Notes: a model not told the origin generated them from the sequence alone. 64,000 bases of DNA from a virus (IMGVR_UViG_3300032288_002343:1-64000), one strand, 5' to 3'. Positions 30,341-41,141 are shown, counted from the stretch's first letter. A program made the numbers and translations.

Positions 30341-31060
30341 ATGCAATGGGAGAAATTCAAAGACCAGTTCCATGAGAGCTGGCACATAAAAATGAGACCG
30401 TTTATCGAGAGTGAGGAATGTGACAAAATCTATGAGTTTCTCAAGAAGGAATCAAAGAGGGGTAAGAAGATTGCCCCTCTTTCTTCTAATACTTTTAGAG
30501 CTTTTAGAGAAACTACACTAGATGAATTAAAGGTGGTAATGATGGGTATGTGCCCCTATCACACAGCTAAGAATGGTGTGTTTGTGGCTGATGGTCTACT
30601 TATGGGCTGTTCTGTTACAAATGCTCTACAGCCATCTCTGGAGAAGTTTTATGACGCATTAGAGAAAGAGATACATAATGGTCTCAATCTCAAACGTATA
30701 AAGAGTCCAGATGTTGCCTATTTAGCTAATCAGGGTGTGCTCATGGTTAATGCCGCTCTTACTACAGAAATCAACAAAGCTGGGTCACACATTGCTCTAT
30801 GGGAACCTTTCACCAAATATTTATTTGAGCATGTACTTGACACAGCGGGAGTTCCTGTTATATTTCTAGGTAAGGACGCTGCTAAATATGAGCGATATGT
30901 TGCCCCATTCACATGGACATTTACACTCAGCCATCCAGCCAGTGCTGCTTATAAGCAAACTGATTGGGATAGTGAGGGTGTATTTAACAAGGTGAACCAA
31001 ATCCTCATGAACAACAACAATTACAAAATCATCTGGCTTAACGAAGAGCCACCATTTTAA
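30341..31060 (+). CDS. ung: uracil-DNA glycosylase (family 1-like)
   Basis: GMCPYH (compare GQDPYH), GVLMVNAALT (compare GVLLLNTVLT), SHPASAAY (compare HPSPLS). Confidence 0.7.
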   Translation: MQWEKFKDQFHESWHIKMRPFIESEECDKIYEFLKKESKRGKKIAPLSSNTFRAFRETTLDELKVVMMGMCPYHTAKNGVFVADGLLMGCSVTNALQPSLEKFYDALEKEIHNGLNLKRIKSPDVAYLANQGVLMVNAALTTEINKAGSHIALWEPFTKYLFEHVLDTAGVPVIFLGKDAAKYERYVAPFTWTFTLSHPASAAYKQTDWDSEGVFNKVNQILMNNNNYKIIWLNEEPPF

Positions 31061-31070
31061 ACCAACATTT

Positions 31071-31382
31071 ATGGAAATCGATGTAACACAGTTACAGATG
31101 GGGGATGAGTTCCTCTACTCTGTACAGGGAACTATTGCCAGGGCTGTAGTGATTAGACCTGTGCAACCAAAGAAGGTGCAACCAACGTATGGTACTCAGG
31201 GTAAAACCTATTACAAATCAGTGAAATGTAAGGTGGCTATTAAAGAAACAACCTACACTCATACATACAATGGTAGAACAAGTACTTACACTAGAAAAGA
31301 ATACTGCGCATCAGACAATTACACTGTTGAGAAGTATGTAAATCTTAATTACAGAAATATTTGGTTACTTAAAAAAGCATAA
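31071..31382 (+). CDS. hypothetical protein
   Basis: 103 aa ORF. Confidence 0.4.
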   Translation: MEIDVTQLQMGDEFLYSVQGTIARAVVIRPVQPKKVQPTYGTQGKTYYKSVKCKVAIKETTYTHTYNGRTSTYTRKEYCASDNYTVEKYVNLNYRNIWLLKKA

Positions 31383-31383
31383 C

Positions 31384-31779
31384 ATGAAACTAAGATATGG
31401 AGGAGATCTCCAGATAGGAGACTTCATTATGGTGGCAAATAGTAACTACACATCCTTTGGATGGTATTGTGGAAGGGGAAGAGGTACTGTACAATATTAT
31501 TACTTCCGTGTTCCAGGAGATAGATATAAGACTTTCCAGGAATGGGAAGCAGGTAAGCTTCCAGATCTCAGTAAATGGCAAAGAGAAAAGTTTGAGAAAA
31601 ACGGGTTTAACTCCAAACTGTTCTATAAAGAATACATCTATGGAGGTAGTATAGATTTAAATGGATCTCGTGTTGTTAAGATAGCAGATCCAGAGAGCAT
31701 ATTTACACACCCAGAAGACTTAGAAGACTACCGAAAATCAAAAGAAGCACTAATCAGCATTAAATTCCCAGTAAAATGA
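31384..31779 (+). CDS. hypothetical protein
   Basis: 131 aa ORF. Confidence 0.45.
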   Translation: MKLRYGGDLQIGDFIMVANSNYTSFGWYCGRGRGTVQYYYFRVPGDRYKTFQEWEAGKLPDLSKWQREKFEKNGFNSKLFYKEYIYGGSIDLNGSRVVKIADPESIFTHPEDLEDYRKSKEALISIKFPVK

Positions 31780-34094
31780 TCCTAGAAAAACAGAAAGAAG
31801 CATTAGTTCACCAAGATGGTGAAGCAACAGAGTCTATAGGCATGTCCTTAGACTTAGAGTCTGCACAGGTGTTGATGCAGATGTTGAGTAAGAACTTGTA
31901 TTCAGATGACATTGGTTCCACTGTTCGTGAGTGTGCCTCGAATGCACTAGATTCACACAGAAGAGCAGGGGTGGACAAACCAATTGTTGTTAGTCTACGA
32001 GCTACAAAAGACAACACATATGAATTCTCTGTAGAAGATTTTGGTATAGGCTTAGATGCTGATGACGTAAAGAATATCATCAGCAAGTATGGTAAGTCTA
32101 CCAAGCGTAACAGCGCTACAGAACTAGGCATGATGGGGCTAGGTTTCAAAGCCCCGCTAGCATATACATCCAGCTTCTATTTCGTCTGTCGTAAGGATGG
32201 AATGGAACGCAAATACATGATGTATGAGGGTGAAGATGTCAACACTATTGACCTTCTATATGAAGCACCCACAGATCAGCCTAATGGTGTAAAAGTTATT
32301 GTTCCTGTTAAATGGCGTGACACTTATGACTTTAAGAGAAAAATCAAACAACAATTGGCGTATTTCGAGAGTGTTTATTTCGATGTGGAAGACATTAGAA
32401 ATGACTTTTCAATCACTCGCCACAAGTATTTCCAGTTTTCTGAGCTCGCTAGTGATAGCCATATGCATATCTGTTTGGATAATGTTTATTATCCTATCGA
32501 TTTTAGTAAACTTGGGATTAGTAGTATATCTCTTCCTGTGGGTCTTCGATTTAGTTTGACAGATGGTATATTCCCCACTCCAAACAGGGAATCCATTCGA
32601 TATACTCAGGAGGCTAAAACTATCATTCTCAAGCGCTTACAAGAAGCTGCTGATTATTTCATTGAGAAATACAATGAAACCATCACAGATACAGATGATG
32701 TAAGACAGATAGTGGAGTATTTCAATTCAAGCAGTAGATCGCTGAAGTTTAATAATAATTCCTGGGATGTGCATCCTCTAGCTCAGTTTGCCACTATACA
32801 AATGGCTAAACCTAAGTTTAAGGGCACAACACTCATAGATCCAGAGCGCATCTACAAGATACAGGAATATATCCTTAATGAGTATGAGGCTAAGTTTGTA
32901 GTGGATAGTAGAACTATGCGTGATGCTAAGCGCTACTATCAAATCACCTCTGTAAAACGTCTATATGAGAAAGTGTATGTTTATGAAGGAGAACGTGTCT
33001 CTGGACTAAAGAAAGACTATATCAAGAGTTTACAGGCAGGTATTCATAGAGATGCCTGCATCCTCAGGAAGGTTAAGAGTTTCCGCTTATTCCCTACAAA
33101 AGGTAGAAGTCAGGAGTATGACAACTATACCAACATCTTGAGACTGTATAACTATCCAAAGTCTCAGTGGCGTCAGCTCATTCAAGAGTTTCAGCTTATT
33201 ATCAAGAGTTTGACAGATACATTCATTAATGTTGATACAATGGATGTACCTCAGTCTTTCATTGATTCTAGGAAGAAACAAAGAGTGACAGCTGGTAAAG
33301 CTAGTGGTACACCTGGTGTCCGTCGTGTTAAACTAAAAGGTGAGATAGTATGTAAACAGGCTGAAGAACTAGAGCGCTGGGTACAGGGTAAGAGTTGCAA
33401 GTGGGTGAGCAAAACCTATGACATGGCTAAGTTCCACCAGAACAAGTTTATTCTTGTGTATGGTAAACAGGAAGATGCTGATGCTATGGATAAGTGGTTC
33501 AAGCCCACCAGAGGTCACAATATTGAGCTTGCTATCCTCAGTGAGCGTGAGCTTAAAGTGGTGAGCGCAATTCAATTACATAATCTAATCCCATTCAGTA
33601 AGTTTATGGAAGGAAAGAATAAACCGTTCCAACGGATAGCTACAGCTTGTATGATTCATCAACTAACAAAGCGCTATGATGCTGCATTTGGAAAATGTGA
33701 AAATCTCGAAACAATATCCTCTAATCTAGCTGCTAAGTTTGAAACACTTAACAAGTATAGAGAAGATCACTTCAAGTATATGGATAATGAAGTGAGAGAT
33801 GCTATTGTTGAACAGGCTCAACAAATTAAACAGTTTGATCCTGAAGTGATATCTATTGTAAATGAGGTGAAAGCCACTCTTGAGAAGTTTCCATTTATAG
33901 AAACTATCATGGAGAACATGAATAGGTATACCTCTGACAGGAACAAAGAGCTTCAGCAGATATTGATCGATCTATTCAAATACCACAAGCATAGAATAGA
34001 TTGGAAGAATTACAACATCAAGCTAAATGAAGACCTCCCTTTAGAGGAAACGCTAACATCGGAAACTGTTGAAGAATTAGTACAACAAGATTAA
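31776..34094 (+). CDS. GHKL (Bergerat-fold) ATPase domain protein, 772 aa
   Basis: N-box ECASNALDS, G1 box EDFGIGLD, G2 box GMMGLGFK, with MutL/Hsp90/TopoVI-B-like spacing. Confidence 0.55.
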   Translation: MILEKQKEALVHQDGEATESIGMSLDLESAQVLMQMLSKNLYSDDIGSTVRECASNALDSHRRAGVDKPIVVSLRATKDNTYEFSVEDFGIGLDADDVKNIISKYGKSTKRNSATELGMMGLGFKAPLAYTSSFYFVCRKDGMERKYMMYEGEDVNTIDLLYEAPTDQPNGVKVIVPVKWRDTYDFKRKIKQQLAYFESVYFDVEDIRNDFSITRHKYFQFSELASDSHMHICLDNVYYPIDFSKLGISSISLPVGLRFSLTDGIFPTPNRESIRYTQEAKTIILKRLQEAADYFIEKYNETITDTDDVRQIVEYFNSSSRSLKFNNNSWDVHPLAQFATIQMAKPKFKGTTLIDPERIYKIQEYILNEYEAKFVVDSRTMRDAKRYYQITSVKRLYEKVYVYEGERVSGLKKDYIKSLQAGIHRDACILRKVKSFRLFPTKGRSQEYDNYTNILRLYNYPKSQWRQLIQEFQLIIKSLTDTFINVDTMDVPQSFIDSRKKQRVTAGKASGTPGVRRVKLKGEIVCKQAEELERWVQGKSCKWVSKTYDMAKFHQNKFILVYGKQEDADAMDKWFKPTRGHNIELAILSERELKVVSAIQLHNLIPFSKFMEGKNKPFQRIATACMIHQLTKRYDAAFGKCENLETISSNLAAKFETLNKYREDHFKYMDNEVRDAIVEQAQQIKQFDPEVISIVNEVKATLEKFPFIETIMENMNRYTSDRNKELQQILIDLFKYHKHRIDWKNYNIKLNEDLPLEETLTSETVEELVQQD

Positions 34095-34100
34095 ATAAAA

Positions 34101-34127
34101 AAGGGGGACTAAAAATCCCCCTTTATT
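34101..34127 (+). terminator. rho-independent terminator
   Basis: GGGGGA-ctaaaaa-TCCCCC hairpin followed by TTTATT. Confidence 0.55.
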
Positions 34128-34148
34128 AAACATTTTAAAAACAAAAAC

Positions 34149-35684
34149 ATGTTAAGCCTAAATTGGTTCAAATCAAGAAAACAAAGAGAACTAGAAGAAT
34201 TAAAGGTTGAGGAGCAAAGAATAAAGAATGAGCTCCTAAGAAAAGAGTTGTATCAAGCTACACCAGCTACACCTGCTACATCAGCCCCTGTAGAAAAGAC
34301 CTACAACTGGACTGTTAACACTGCACCCACACCAACAGTAAGTGTAAAACCTTACAAAACTGTGAAGATGGTGAATGATGTACTAACCGTCGTACTAAAT
34401 GATGGATCTGTACTATCTAAACCTGGTGCTACATCAGATGATTTCATTGCTGCTCGTAATGCTACAGATGAGGTGGACATCCTAAATATTGTAGCTACAC
34501 AGGAAATTGTCACAGAAAGAAAGAGACAAGAGTTTGAAGCTGAGAAAGCTAGAGCTCTGAAGGCTGGTATCCAACTGTTGGCCCAATTAGATGATTTTGA
34601 GGTGAGAGGAGATAGTGTCTATCTAAAGGGTATCAACCGTTCATTACCACAGCTGCTGGTAGAAGAGTTTCTCCGTATTGTAAATAAATACAACATGGGA
34701 CTATTCAAAGATTGGCAAGTTGAGCGTATACTTGAGAGAGATGATGAGTATCAATCACTTAAGCGCTTCTTTATGTGGTGCTGCCTGAATCCTAGAGCAG
34801 AAGTGGCTGACAAGCTGTACAACTTCCTCAAGAAGAACAGCTTTAAGATCACCAAGCAGGGATTCTTTGTAGCGCTTCGTAATGTAGTAACACTCCACGG
34901 ATCTACAGAGCTGGTCCAGTTTGTATCTAATGCATACAACAAGGTGAAAGCTGTATGGAAGAAGAGCCCAGATGCATATGAAGTGTATCTAAAGGATGGT
35001 CAGTATAGCTTTATTCATATCGATGACACTTACACTACAGAACTAATGGAAGGTGAAGAGTGGTATGATGAGGAGATTGATGAATATGTTACATCTGAAG
35101 ATGAAGAAGTTACAGTGAAGAGATCTGATCTGGGTGAATTGATTGGTAATCTAACAGACCTTTATCTAGACCTACCAAACCGTGCAGAGAATCGTTTTAC
35201 AGATGCTCACACACAAACCTTTGATATCAGAATTGGTAGACCAGTGAATATGGACCCAGGTGCATGTCGTTGGAATACAGACGATTGTGGAGCAGAAGGT
35301 TTGCATTTCACAGCCAATGAAATCCATTATGTAGGATGTGGTGACCAGTCTGTATTGGTACTTATCAATCCTATGAAGGTTGTGGGTATTGGTGAATCTA
35401 AGGGCAGATGCTGGGAATATCTCCCTATCATGACTGTTCCTCGTGAGGAGGCTACAGAAATCCTACATGATCTAGACTTTGATACTTTGCAACTGGATGA
35501 TAGTTACGCCATCCGTGAGCTTGAGAGCTTGACAGATAAAGCTAAAGAAGGCTTTGTTGCTGAGTCTAGAAAGCATGAGTTCAACATTCCTCACATTTCC
35601 ACTGTAGAGATTGAAAACATTGTTGCTTCTTTGGACAACATGAAGGATGAAATCAGCTCTAGAGTACAGATGATTGTTGATTAA
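34149..35684 (+). CDS. hypothetical protein (511 aa; N-terminal coiled coil)
   Basis: Long ORF between two terminators. No recognisable motifs. Confidence 0.5.
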   Translation: MLSLNWFKSRKQRELEELKVEEQRIKNELLRKELYQATPATPATSAPVEKTYNWTVNTAPTPTVSVKPYKTVKMVNDVLTVVLNDGSVLSKPGATSDDFIAARNATDEVDILNIVATQEIVTERKRQEFEAEKARALKAGIQLLAQLDDFEVRGDSVYLKGINRSLPQLLVEEFLRIVNKYNMGLFKDWQVERILERDDEYQSLKRFFMWCCLNPRAEVADKLYNFLKKNSFKITKQGFFVALRNVVTLHGSTELVQFVSNAYNKVKAVWKKSPDAYEVYLKDGQYSFIHIDDTYTTELMEGEEWYDEEIDEYVTSEDEEVTVKRSDLGELIGNLTDLYLDLPNRAENRFTDAHTQTFDIRIGRPVNMDPGACRWNTDDCGAEGLHFTANEIHYVGCGDQSVLVLINPMKVVGIGESKGRCWEYLPIMTVPREEATEILHDLDFDTLQLDDSYAIRELESLTDKAKEGFVAESRKHEFNIPHISTVEIENIVASLDNMKDEISSRVQMIVD

Positions 35685-35691
35685 TAAATTT

Positions 35692-35736
35692 GGGGATGTA
35701 ACATTTTTGTATTAGATTTGTTACATCCCCTTTTTA
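35692..35736 (+). terminator. rho-independent terminator
   Basis: GGGGATGTAACA-loop-TGTTACATCCCC 12-bp stem followed by TTTTT. Confidence 0.6.
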
Positions 35737-35743
35737 TAACTAT

Positions 35744-36148
35744 ATGACAATCAAGAAGAAACGCAAGCCTCCTAAACCTAGAGTAGCTAGGCCTAGGAAC
35801 GCTGGTACTATGACTGAAAGCGCCTTTTGGTCTTTTATTCGTAGTGCTCTGAGGCAAAAGAGTAGGTTCTGGAGACCTATTTTACAGTGCAAGCTAGAAG
35901 CTCGTAGACCTTACAAAGGACCTAACAAGCGCCAGAAGTTTGAATACTTATGCAATGACTGTAAGAAATGGTACCCAGAAAAGAAAATTAACGTGGATCA
36001 TATGGTTCCTGCAGGAAGCCTAAACTGTGCAGCAGACCTTCCAGGATTTGTAGAGCGTCTGTTCTGTGAGAAGGAACATCTACAGGTGCTGTGTGAGAAA
36101 TGTCATGATCACAAAACTAAACTAGAAAAGAATGGAAAAATCCAATGA
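35744..36148 (+). CDS. HNH endonuclease
   Basis: C-x2-C...NVDHMVPAG...CEKCHDHKT. Confidence 0.6.
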   Translation: MTIKKKRKPPKPRVARPRNAGTMTESAFWSFIRSALRQKSRFWRPILQCKLEARRPYKGPNKRQKFEYLCNDCKKWYPEKKINVDHMVPAGSLNCAADLPGFVERLFCEKEHLQVLCEKCHDHKTKLEKNGKIQ

Positions 36149-36383
36149 AGAAGTTAATCAGATAGTGATTAACAAAGAACACTCTTTCGTAGAAGTGTGG
36201 CATGAGGGATATGTAGAATCCAAAGGACAACGCCATTACTTTTGGCTTATTGATCCTCAGGGTGTAGATCCAAGAGGTAATGAATATGCTCCAGAAGTGA
36301 GATGGTTCTTTGCCCGTGTGCCCATGGAAGTAAGAGTGATGTACAATCAAATAATTGAAGCTTTCAAACAGACACAGAAATGA
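36132..36383 (+). CDS. hypothetical protein
   Basis: 83 aa ORF. Confidence 0.4.
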   Translation: MEKSNEEVNQIVINKEHSFVEVWHEGYVESKGQRHYFWLIDPQGVDPRGNEYAPEVRWFFARVPMEVRVMYNQIIEAFKQTQK

Positions 36384-36610
36384 TAGTGCAAACTATTCAT
36401 GAAATCCTTAACCCATTTGATGTTGAGGTGAGAGAACTAGGGTATGGAGTGGTCCTGTTTATGATAGCAGGTAGTATCCACTCCAATCCTCAGTTTGTTG
36501 TTCGTTTCTACCACACAGGAGAACTGAGAACGGTGGACCAGAATGACATAAGAGTATATGGAAACCCTACAACAGGAGAAAGTTTAATTCCAAAAGCAAA
36601 AACAACATGA
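36380..36610 (+). CDS. hypothetical protein
   Basis: 76 aa ORF. Confidence 0.4.
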   Translation: MIVQTIHEILNPFDVEVRELGYGVVLFMIAGSIHSNPQFVVRFYHTGELRTVDQNDIRVYGNPTTGESLIPKAKTT

Positions 36611-37656
36611 TTAAAGGAACAGCAACAACAGAAGCAACCTATCGGGCTAATATGCTTGATAGTTCGTCCAGTCTGAAAGAGTTCAGTATGGACAGAAAGA
36701 AATACTATCGTAAATATGTATTAGGAGAAGATGTAGATGATAAGGATACACAAGCAGCTACAACAGGTAGAATCGTAGAAACTTTATTACTAGAGCCAGA
36801 AGAATTTGATAACAGATTCCATATGTCTTCTTGTGCAGAATCTCCCTCAGCTCTGATGCTAGCTTTCGTGAATGCTTTGTATAAGCACACAAAAGAAGCT
36901 ACAGATGATAATGGGAATGTAACAAGAAGCTTTGAAGACATATCTAAGGACGCTTATGTAGAATCTGGATTCAAGATTAAATATGAGGCTGTTATTAGCA
37001 AGTTTGTAGGAAGCGATGCTGAGATTTATTACAACGAGATGCGCCTTGTAAAATCTAAAGGTCTCACCGTGATAACAGCTGAGGATGTAACAAACGCTGA
37101 GAAGATTGTGCAGGAGCTACAAAATAATCCTGTTACAAAGGATGTAGTAAATCTGGTAAGCAGTAGTAGGTATAGTGTTTACAACCAATTACAAGTGGAA
37201 GGGTATGTAGTGGACAATCATGAGTTCAAGAGCATGATGGATAAAGTGGTAGTGGATCATGAAACAAAAACCATCCAAGTATATGACCTAAAATGTACAT
37301 GGAGTGTAGAGAACTTCTTGGAGGAATACTATCTATATCGTCGTGCCTATATTCAGGCCTATCTATATTTTCATGCTGCTTTGCACATGAGAGTGAATGA
37401 GATAGTTGAATATAAAGTGATGCCTCCTAAGTTTATTGTTTGTGACAGCACCAATTATTATAATCCGTTGATTTATACACTTGATTATACTGATTTGGAT
37501 AATGCTTATAATGGATTCACTTACAAGAATAGAGAATATAAAGGTGTAGCATCTATCATTGCAGATTTGAAATGGGCTCTAGAGAACAATGTATGGAACA
37601 TTTCAAGAGAAAACAGTATTGCTAACGGATTGGTAAACATTATGGGATGGAAGTAA
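36607..37656 (+). CDS. PD-(D/E)XK nuclease-like protein (RecB/YqaJ-like exonuclease candidate)
   Basis: KVVVDHETKTIQVYDLKCT fits a D...(D/E)xK core. Confidence 0.4.
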   Translation: MIKGTATTEATYRANMLDSSSSLKEFSMDRKKYYRKYVLGEDVDDKDTQAATTGRIVETLLLEPEEFDNRFHMSSCAESPSALMLAFVNALYKHTKEATDDNGNVTRSFEDISKDAYVESGFKIKYEAVISKFVGSDAEIYYNEMRLVKSKGLTVITAEDVTNAEKIVQELQNNPVTKDVVNLVSSSRYSVYNQLQVEGYVVDNHEFKSMMDKVVVDHETKTIQVYDLKCTWSVENFLEEYYLYRRAYIQAYLYFHAALHMRVNEIVEYKVMPPKFIVCDSTNYYNPLIYTLDYTDLDNAYNGFTYKNREYKGVASIIADLKWALENNVWNISRENSIANGLVNIMGWK

Positions 37657-38210
37657 AAAAGACAATAACCAGTGTATTTATGGTGCCAACGCTTAAGATT
37701 CCTAAAGATGCGTTAAAAGACAATGGATTTATCAATGGTTATGTCAGGGATGGAAGCAGAGAGGTGCAGTATGAAAACTGCATCTATCTGCTCTTCCAAC
37801 CCAAAGACCTAGATAAGTTTAGAGAATTTCTAGACACTGAATATGAAAGAACCAAGGATGTAATTGATGATTATGATTATGAGAGTGGATATGTTGTAGT
37901 GGTATATCAATTAGATCCTAAATTTAAGAAAGACTTTGGTCTTATTAGAGAAGGTTTGTATTCTCGCACATCTAGTAGCTTCCAAGCTTTGTTTCCTAAG
38001 GTGATCAAGATTGTTAAAAATGGATTGCATAGAGATGAAATATCTCTGCAATATCGTGTCTTCAATAGGACAGAAGATCTTGTAAAGTTTTGGGAAGATA
38101 AGCTAGGTGTAGAATTTGATGATGATCAAGAAGTATGGCACGGGTTTGAACTAGACAAAGAAACATTAAACATTCAAAAACTTAAAGAACTATGTACGAC
38201 AGCCAAATAG
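37647..38210 (+). CDS. hypothetical protein
   Basis: 187 aa ORF. Confidence 0.45.
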   Translation: MEVKKTITSVFMVPTLKIPKDALKDNGFINGYVRDGSREVQYENCIYLLFQPKDLDKFREFLDTEYERTKDVIDDYDYESGYVVVVYQLDPKFKKDFGLIREGLYSRTSSSFQALFPKVIKIVKNGLHRDEISLQYRVFNRTEDLVKFWEDKLGVEFDDDQEVWHGFELDKETLNIQKLKELCTTAK

Positions 38211-38390
38211 CTGAGGAGCTAAGAAAAACCTATGGTGAAGAGAAATATCGTATCTATTGTGAAATGCAGGTAGCTAGATATGAGATGGCTCAAGATGAAC
38301 TAAGTAAACTCAATGAGTCATCTTCTGATGAAAACTACTATCGTTATTTCTGGAAGATTAAACTTGATGAACTAAATAAAAATTCTTAAT

Positions 38391-38783
38391 ATGATTGACA
38401 TCTTAGAAAATAACCCACATGCTACAGAAGCAGTGAGAGATTGGTTTACAGAAAAAATGAAAGAGTCTCTAAAGGATCAGAATCTACCTGATAACTTTAA
38501 AGAGTTTATGCGTCAACAGGGGCTTCCTAATGACAGACTATTGAAGATGTTTGAGGAAAGTCCTAGGATATTATTTGATGTCTTTGATGAGAATAATGTT
38601 ATCATCAACGTAACACATAACGATGATGGTTTTGTTTGGGATGTGAATAATGTGAAGAATATAGGAATATACACTTCTAGAAAGATGGCTGAAAAAGCTG
38701 CTGTTCAACGTGCGTTCCAAATATTAAATGACAAGTTAAACGTTATATTAAATGAAGGACAAGATAGTACAACAAGTAGTTGA
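38391..38783 (+). CDS. hypothetical protein
   Basis: 130 aa ORF. Confidence 0.45.
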   Translation: MIDILENNPHATEAVRDWFTEKMKESLKDQNLPDNFKEFMRQQGLPNDRLLKMFEESPRILFDVFDENNVIINVTHNDDGFVWDVNNVKNIGIYTSRKMAEKAAVQRAFQILNDKLNVILNEGQDSTTSS

Positions 38784-39003
38784 TAAATATGCCACTCGAA
38801 GCGCTGTGGGCTATATGAAATATGGCACCACACTAGAGGATAATAGTAAGGATAATTACTTAAAGCACCTACAAGAAGAACTTATGGATGCTACCCTATA
38901 CATTGAAAAACTTTTGGATATGAATAGGGAGATAACTAAGTTGGTTAAAACAAGTATTAATGACGAAGATTTGGGAATGAAAATAAGGAAATTGGTTAGC
39001 TAG
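38752..39003 (+). CDS. hypothetical protein
   Basis: 83 aa ORF followed by a terminator. Confidence 0.4.
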   Translation: MKDKIVQQVVDKYATRSAVGYMKYGTTLEDNSKDNYLKHLQEELMDATLYIEKLLDMNREITKLVKTSINDEDLGMKIRKLVS

Positions 39004-39029
39004 AATTTTCAATTTCTCTTGGAATTTAG

Positions 39030-39066
39030 AGGGTTGCAAGTTACATTTGCAACCCTTTATTTTTTA
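39030..39066 (+). terminator. rho-independent terminator
   Basis: AGGGTTGCAA-gttacat-TTGCAACCCT hairpin followed by TTATTTTTT. Confidence 0.6.
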
Positions 39067-39088
39067 CCCTTTAAAAGACAAATTATTT

Positions 39089-40939
39089 ATGGATTTAGGA
39101 TTGGATGCGTTGAGTAAGCTCACGGTATTTAGTAAGTATGCAAAGTATGTCCCTGAGCTTAAAAGAAGAGAAACCTGGGACGAGATTGTGAACAGGTATG
39201 AGCAGATGATGATCAAGAAGTATCCCCAACTGGAGGCACAGATCATCGAAACTGCTAAGTTTATTAGACAAAAGAAGGTGTTGCCTTCCATGAGAGCGCT
39301 TCAATTTGCTGGTCCAGCTGCAGAGGTAAACAATTCAAGGATTTACAACTGTTGTTATCTACCCATAAATAGCATCCACAGCTTCAGTGAGACTATGTTC
39401 TTGCTGTTAGGTGGCACGGGTGTAGGCTATAGTGTTCAGAAACAGCACGTTGCACAGCTTCCAGCTATTACAAAGCCTGGAAAGGTGCGTAACTATCTGG
39501 TTGAAGACAGCATTATGGGATGGGCAGACGCTGTAAAGGTGCTCATGAAAGCCTATCTGGAAGGAGGATTTATGCCTAAGTTTGACTTTAGAGCTATTCG
39601 TAAGAAAGGCGCTAGACTTGTAACAGCAGGTGGTAAAGCTCCTGGTCCTGAGCCTCTTAAGATTTGTTTAGCACATGTGCAAGCAGTTCTTGAAAGGAAA
39701 CAGGAAGGAGAGAAGCTTAGCCCTCTAGAATGTCATGATATCCTGTGTCACATTGCAAACAGTGTGCTAGCTGGTGGTATTCGTAGAAGCGCCATGATTG
39801 CCCTGTTTAGCCATAATGATGAGGAAATGATCACCTGTAAGTATGGAAACTGGTGGGAGACTAACGAACAGCGTGGAAGAGCTAATAACTCAGCTGTTCT
39901 GAAGCGTGGAGAGATTGGAGAAGAGGAATTCAACTCCCTTTGGAAGAGAATTGAGGCGTCTGGATCTGGTGAGCCTGGTATCTATTGGACTAACAATCTA
40001 GACTGGGGAACTAACCCATGCTGCGAGATAGCCCTTAGGCCTTACCAGTTCTGTAATCTGTGTGAAGTGAATGTGTCGGATGTCACTTGTCAGGAAGACC
40101 TGAATGACCGTGTTACAGCAGCAGCTTTCTTTGGAACTCTGCAGGCTGGATTCACAGACTTTCACTATCTAAGACCCATCTGGCAGAAAACTACTCAAAA
40201 GGATGCCTTATTAGGTATAGGTATGACTGGTATTGGATCAGGGGAAATACTTAAATATAATCTAGAAGCTGCAGCTCATGTTGCTAAACTAACTAATCAG
40301 ATTATTAGTGAGAAGTTAGGAACTAATGAGGCAGCTCGTATTACATGTATTAAACCTTCTGGCACAACAAGCTTAGTACTTGGAACAGCTAGTGGTATAC
40401 ACGCATGGCATGCGCCTTATTACCTACGCACTATGCGTTTTGGTAAGAATGAGGACGTAGCTTCTTATTTGATTGTAAACCATCCAGAACTCGTTGAGGA
40501 TGATGTACTTAGACCAAATGATACAGTGTGTGTACGCATTCCTGTTAAAGCTCCAGAAGGATCTATATTCCGTACAGAGAGCCCTCTTGAAACCCTTGAG
40601 CGTGTAAAGAAGTTTGCTACTCAGTGGATTAAAGCAGGACACATTACAGGAGATAATACACATAACGTTAGTGCTACAATATCTATCAAGCCAGAAGAGT
40701 GGGTTAGTGTAGGAGAATGGATGTGGAATAACAAAGAGTATTATAACGGTCTAAGTGTTCTACCTTATTGGGGTGGTACATACAAACAAGCTCCTTTTGA
40801 GGACATTGAGAGGACAGAGTATGAGGCTAGAATGTCCTCACTTCATAATCTAGATCTCACTAATGTAACAGAACTAGATGATACTGTGGAGTTTGGACAG
40901 GTGGCAGCATGTGCAGGAGGTGCTTGTGAAATCCAATAA
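39089..40939 (+). CDS. ribonucleotide reductase catalytic subunit (single-chain, probably class II NrdJ-like)
   Basis: Start taken at MDLGLDAL (39089) because the track start at 39047 lies inside the terminator hairpin. Active-site-like NPCCEI and CNLCEVN, a C-terminal Cys pair (CAGGACEIQ), and no small-subunit gene in the window. Confidence 0.6.
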   Translation: MDLGLDALSKLTVFSKYAKYVPELKRRETWDEIVNRYEQMMIKKYPQLEAQIIETAKFIRQKKVLPSMRALQFAGPAAEVNNSRIYNCCYLPINSIHSFSETMFLLLGGTGVGYSVQKQHVAQLPAITKPGKVRNYLVEDSIMGWADAVKVLMKAYLEGGFMPKFDFRAIRKKGARLVTAGGKAPGPEPLKICLAHVQAVLERKQEGEKLSPLECHDILCHIANSVLAGGIRRSAMIALFSHNDEEMITCKYGNWWETNEQRGRANNSAVLKRGEIGEEEFNSLWKRIEASGSGEPGIYWTNNLDWGTNPCCEIALRPYQFCNLCEVNVSDVTCQEDLNDRVTAAAFFGTLQAGFTDFHYLRPIWQKTTQKDALLGIGMTGIGSGEILKYNLEAAAHVAKLTNQIISEKLGTNEAARITCIKPSGTTSLVLGTASGIHAWHAPYYLRTMRFGKNEDVASYLIVNHPELVEDDVLRPNDTVCVRIPVKAPEGSIFRTESPLETLERVKKFATQWIKAGHITGDNTHNVSATISIKPEEWVSVGEWMWNNKEYYNGLSVLPYWGGTYKQAPFEDIERTEYEARMSSLHNLDLTNVTELDDTVEFGQVAACAGGACEIQ

Positions 40940-41107
40940 AAAGTTTATAGAAGGTGTGCACTACTACCTTGAGAATGGTAGAATGGTGTTCACTGAGAAA
41001 TATCACTTAGAAAGAGGATATTGTTGCAAGTCTAAAGGAGGCTGCAGACACTGTCCTTATAAACCAAAAAGTGATAAGAAGAAATAGTTTTATGGTTAAT
41101 AATGGAA

Positions 41108-41141
41108 GCCCTGGTGTGTCTACACTGGGGCTATTTTTTTG
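41108..41141 (+). terminator. rho-independent terminator
   Basis: AGCCCTGGTGT-gtct-ACACTGGGGCT hairpin (two G-U pairs) followed by ATTTTTTT. Confidence 0.5.
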
